Of a stretch of DNA of 64,000 nucleotides, positions 63,141 to 64,000 are shown piece after piece. Positions within the stretch are counted from its first letter, which is position 1. Each line of letters begins with the position of its first letter. Where the stretch lies: the NCBI GenBank assembly GCA_018334565.1, contig JAGXLU010000002.1:49466-113465 (forward strand), written 5' to 3'. Source of the stretch: Halanaerobiales bacterium. GTDB lineage: Bacteria; Bacillota; Halanaerobiia; Halanaerobiales; M55B127. The notes under the pieces were generated by a model. It was not told where the DNA came from and made no database searches. It worked only from the letters and a program-made list of their open reading frames with translations. The translations under genes were made by a program, and so were the position numbers.

Positions 63141-63625
63141 ATGAAAGTAATAGGTATTTTGGGGAGGCCAGAAAAAAGAGGGACTCATTTTCTGTTAAAA
63201 ACGTCATTAAAAGTTTTATCAGATAAGAATATATAAAATGAATTATTACACATACAGATTATGATATTAAGTTTTGTACGGATTGTAATAAGTGTTTAAG
63301 AGGTGGTAAAGGTGTGCTCGATGATGATATGGAAAAAATCGGGGATAAATTAATAAAAGCCGATGGCATTTTAATGGTTTCTCTCTATTATTTTGGAACA
63401 CCTACTGCTCAGATTAAAAAATTTATGGACCGCACCCGTTATCTCAAAATGGATAATCAAAGATTAAAAGATAAAGTACTGGGTGTTATTTATGTGGATA
63501 TTGGGTTTTCATTTTATTTGGAATTTAAGCCAGACTATGTTTCTGGGTTTTATGGATATGGGTATAAGACTTCAAATAAGAGAAGGCATGATTGCTGGAA
63601 TAAAAATGGTTCCGGAAGCAGGTAG
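63141..63625 (+). pseudogene. Disrupted iron-sulfur flavoprotein / NADPH-dependent FMN reductase family gene
   Basis: MKVIGILGRP..., TAA at 63234-36, a frameshift, then DIKFCTDCNKC...DDME...ADGILM.S.YYFG..TAQIKKFMDR; the normal C-terminus is lost. Confidence 0.75.
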
Positions 63626-63831
63626 AATAACAACTTTTATTATAATATTTCTCTGTATCTATGTTTTAAATAAATATTTTGGTTTAAATTTATTGACTTA
63701 CTTATTTAAATCGGGAAACATTTTTTTCAACTAATAATAACAAGCTTATATAGATGTGATTGAATAATATCTTAATTTTTTGGTTGGAAAAGTTAAAGAA
63801 ATATTATTGTTTCAATAAGGAGGTATTTATT

Positions 63832-64000
63832 TTGGATGAAAAAGAAAAGATGGTAAGGGGTGACTTTTATGACCCTATGGATAGGCAGTTAATAACAGAA
63901 CGTATGAAAACCCGTAAACTACTGCATACTTTAAATCATTCTTCACCTGTTGATCAAATTAAGCGTCGTGAACTGTTTAAAGAGTTATTCGGGAAAATTG
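63832..64000 (+). CDS. maa: Maltose/galactoside O-acetyltransferase, N-terminal part (runs off the window end)
   Basis: AGGAGG RBS, TTG start; EKEKMVRGDFYDPMD.QL..ER...RKL...N...R..LFKELFGKI. Confidence 0.85.
   Translation, partial: MDEKEKMVRGDFYDPMDRQLITERMKTRKLLHTLNHSSPVDQIKRRELFKELFGKI

Overview
AT-rich chromosomal window from an anaerobic Firmicute. Firmicute hallmarks (eno...secG...rnr-smpB order, T-box, YtrA/CssRS-type regulators) occur together with three TolC-family genes and a Na+-type membrane pyrophosphatase. This points, by inference, to a diderm halophile such as Halanaerobiales. The window opens with the enolase 3' end, a TetR-TolC-MFP-RND efflux operon, secG, hppA, rnr and smpB. 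A long patchwork of mostly single accessory genes follows, including PduO plus a reductive-dehalogenase-like protein, an intact heliorhodopsin, T-box-proBAC, sigma54-type glnA facing its own enhancer-binding protein, a double-TolC MacAB-CssRS-like operon, a YtrA-type ABC operon, ppa and several pseudogenes. Signals the ORF track misses are a decayed group IIC intron, a possible miniature IS200/IS605 element, a candidate structured RNA and a 52-aa ORF. The best leads are the heliorhodopsin in a probable diderm anaerobe, the sigma54/glnA module and the PduO-RdhA-like pair. I saw no CRISPR array, rRNA, tRNA, prophage or intact transposase. All calls rest on motif recognition by eye, with no database searches.
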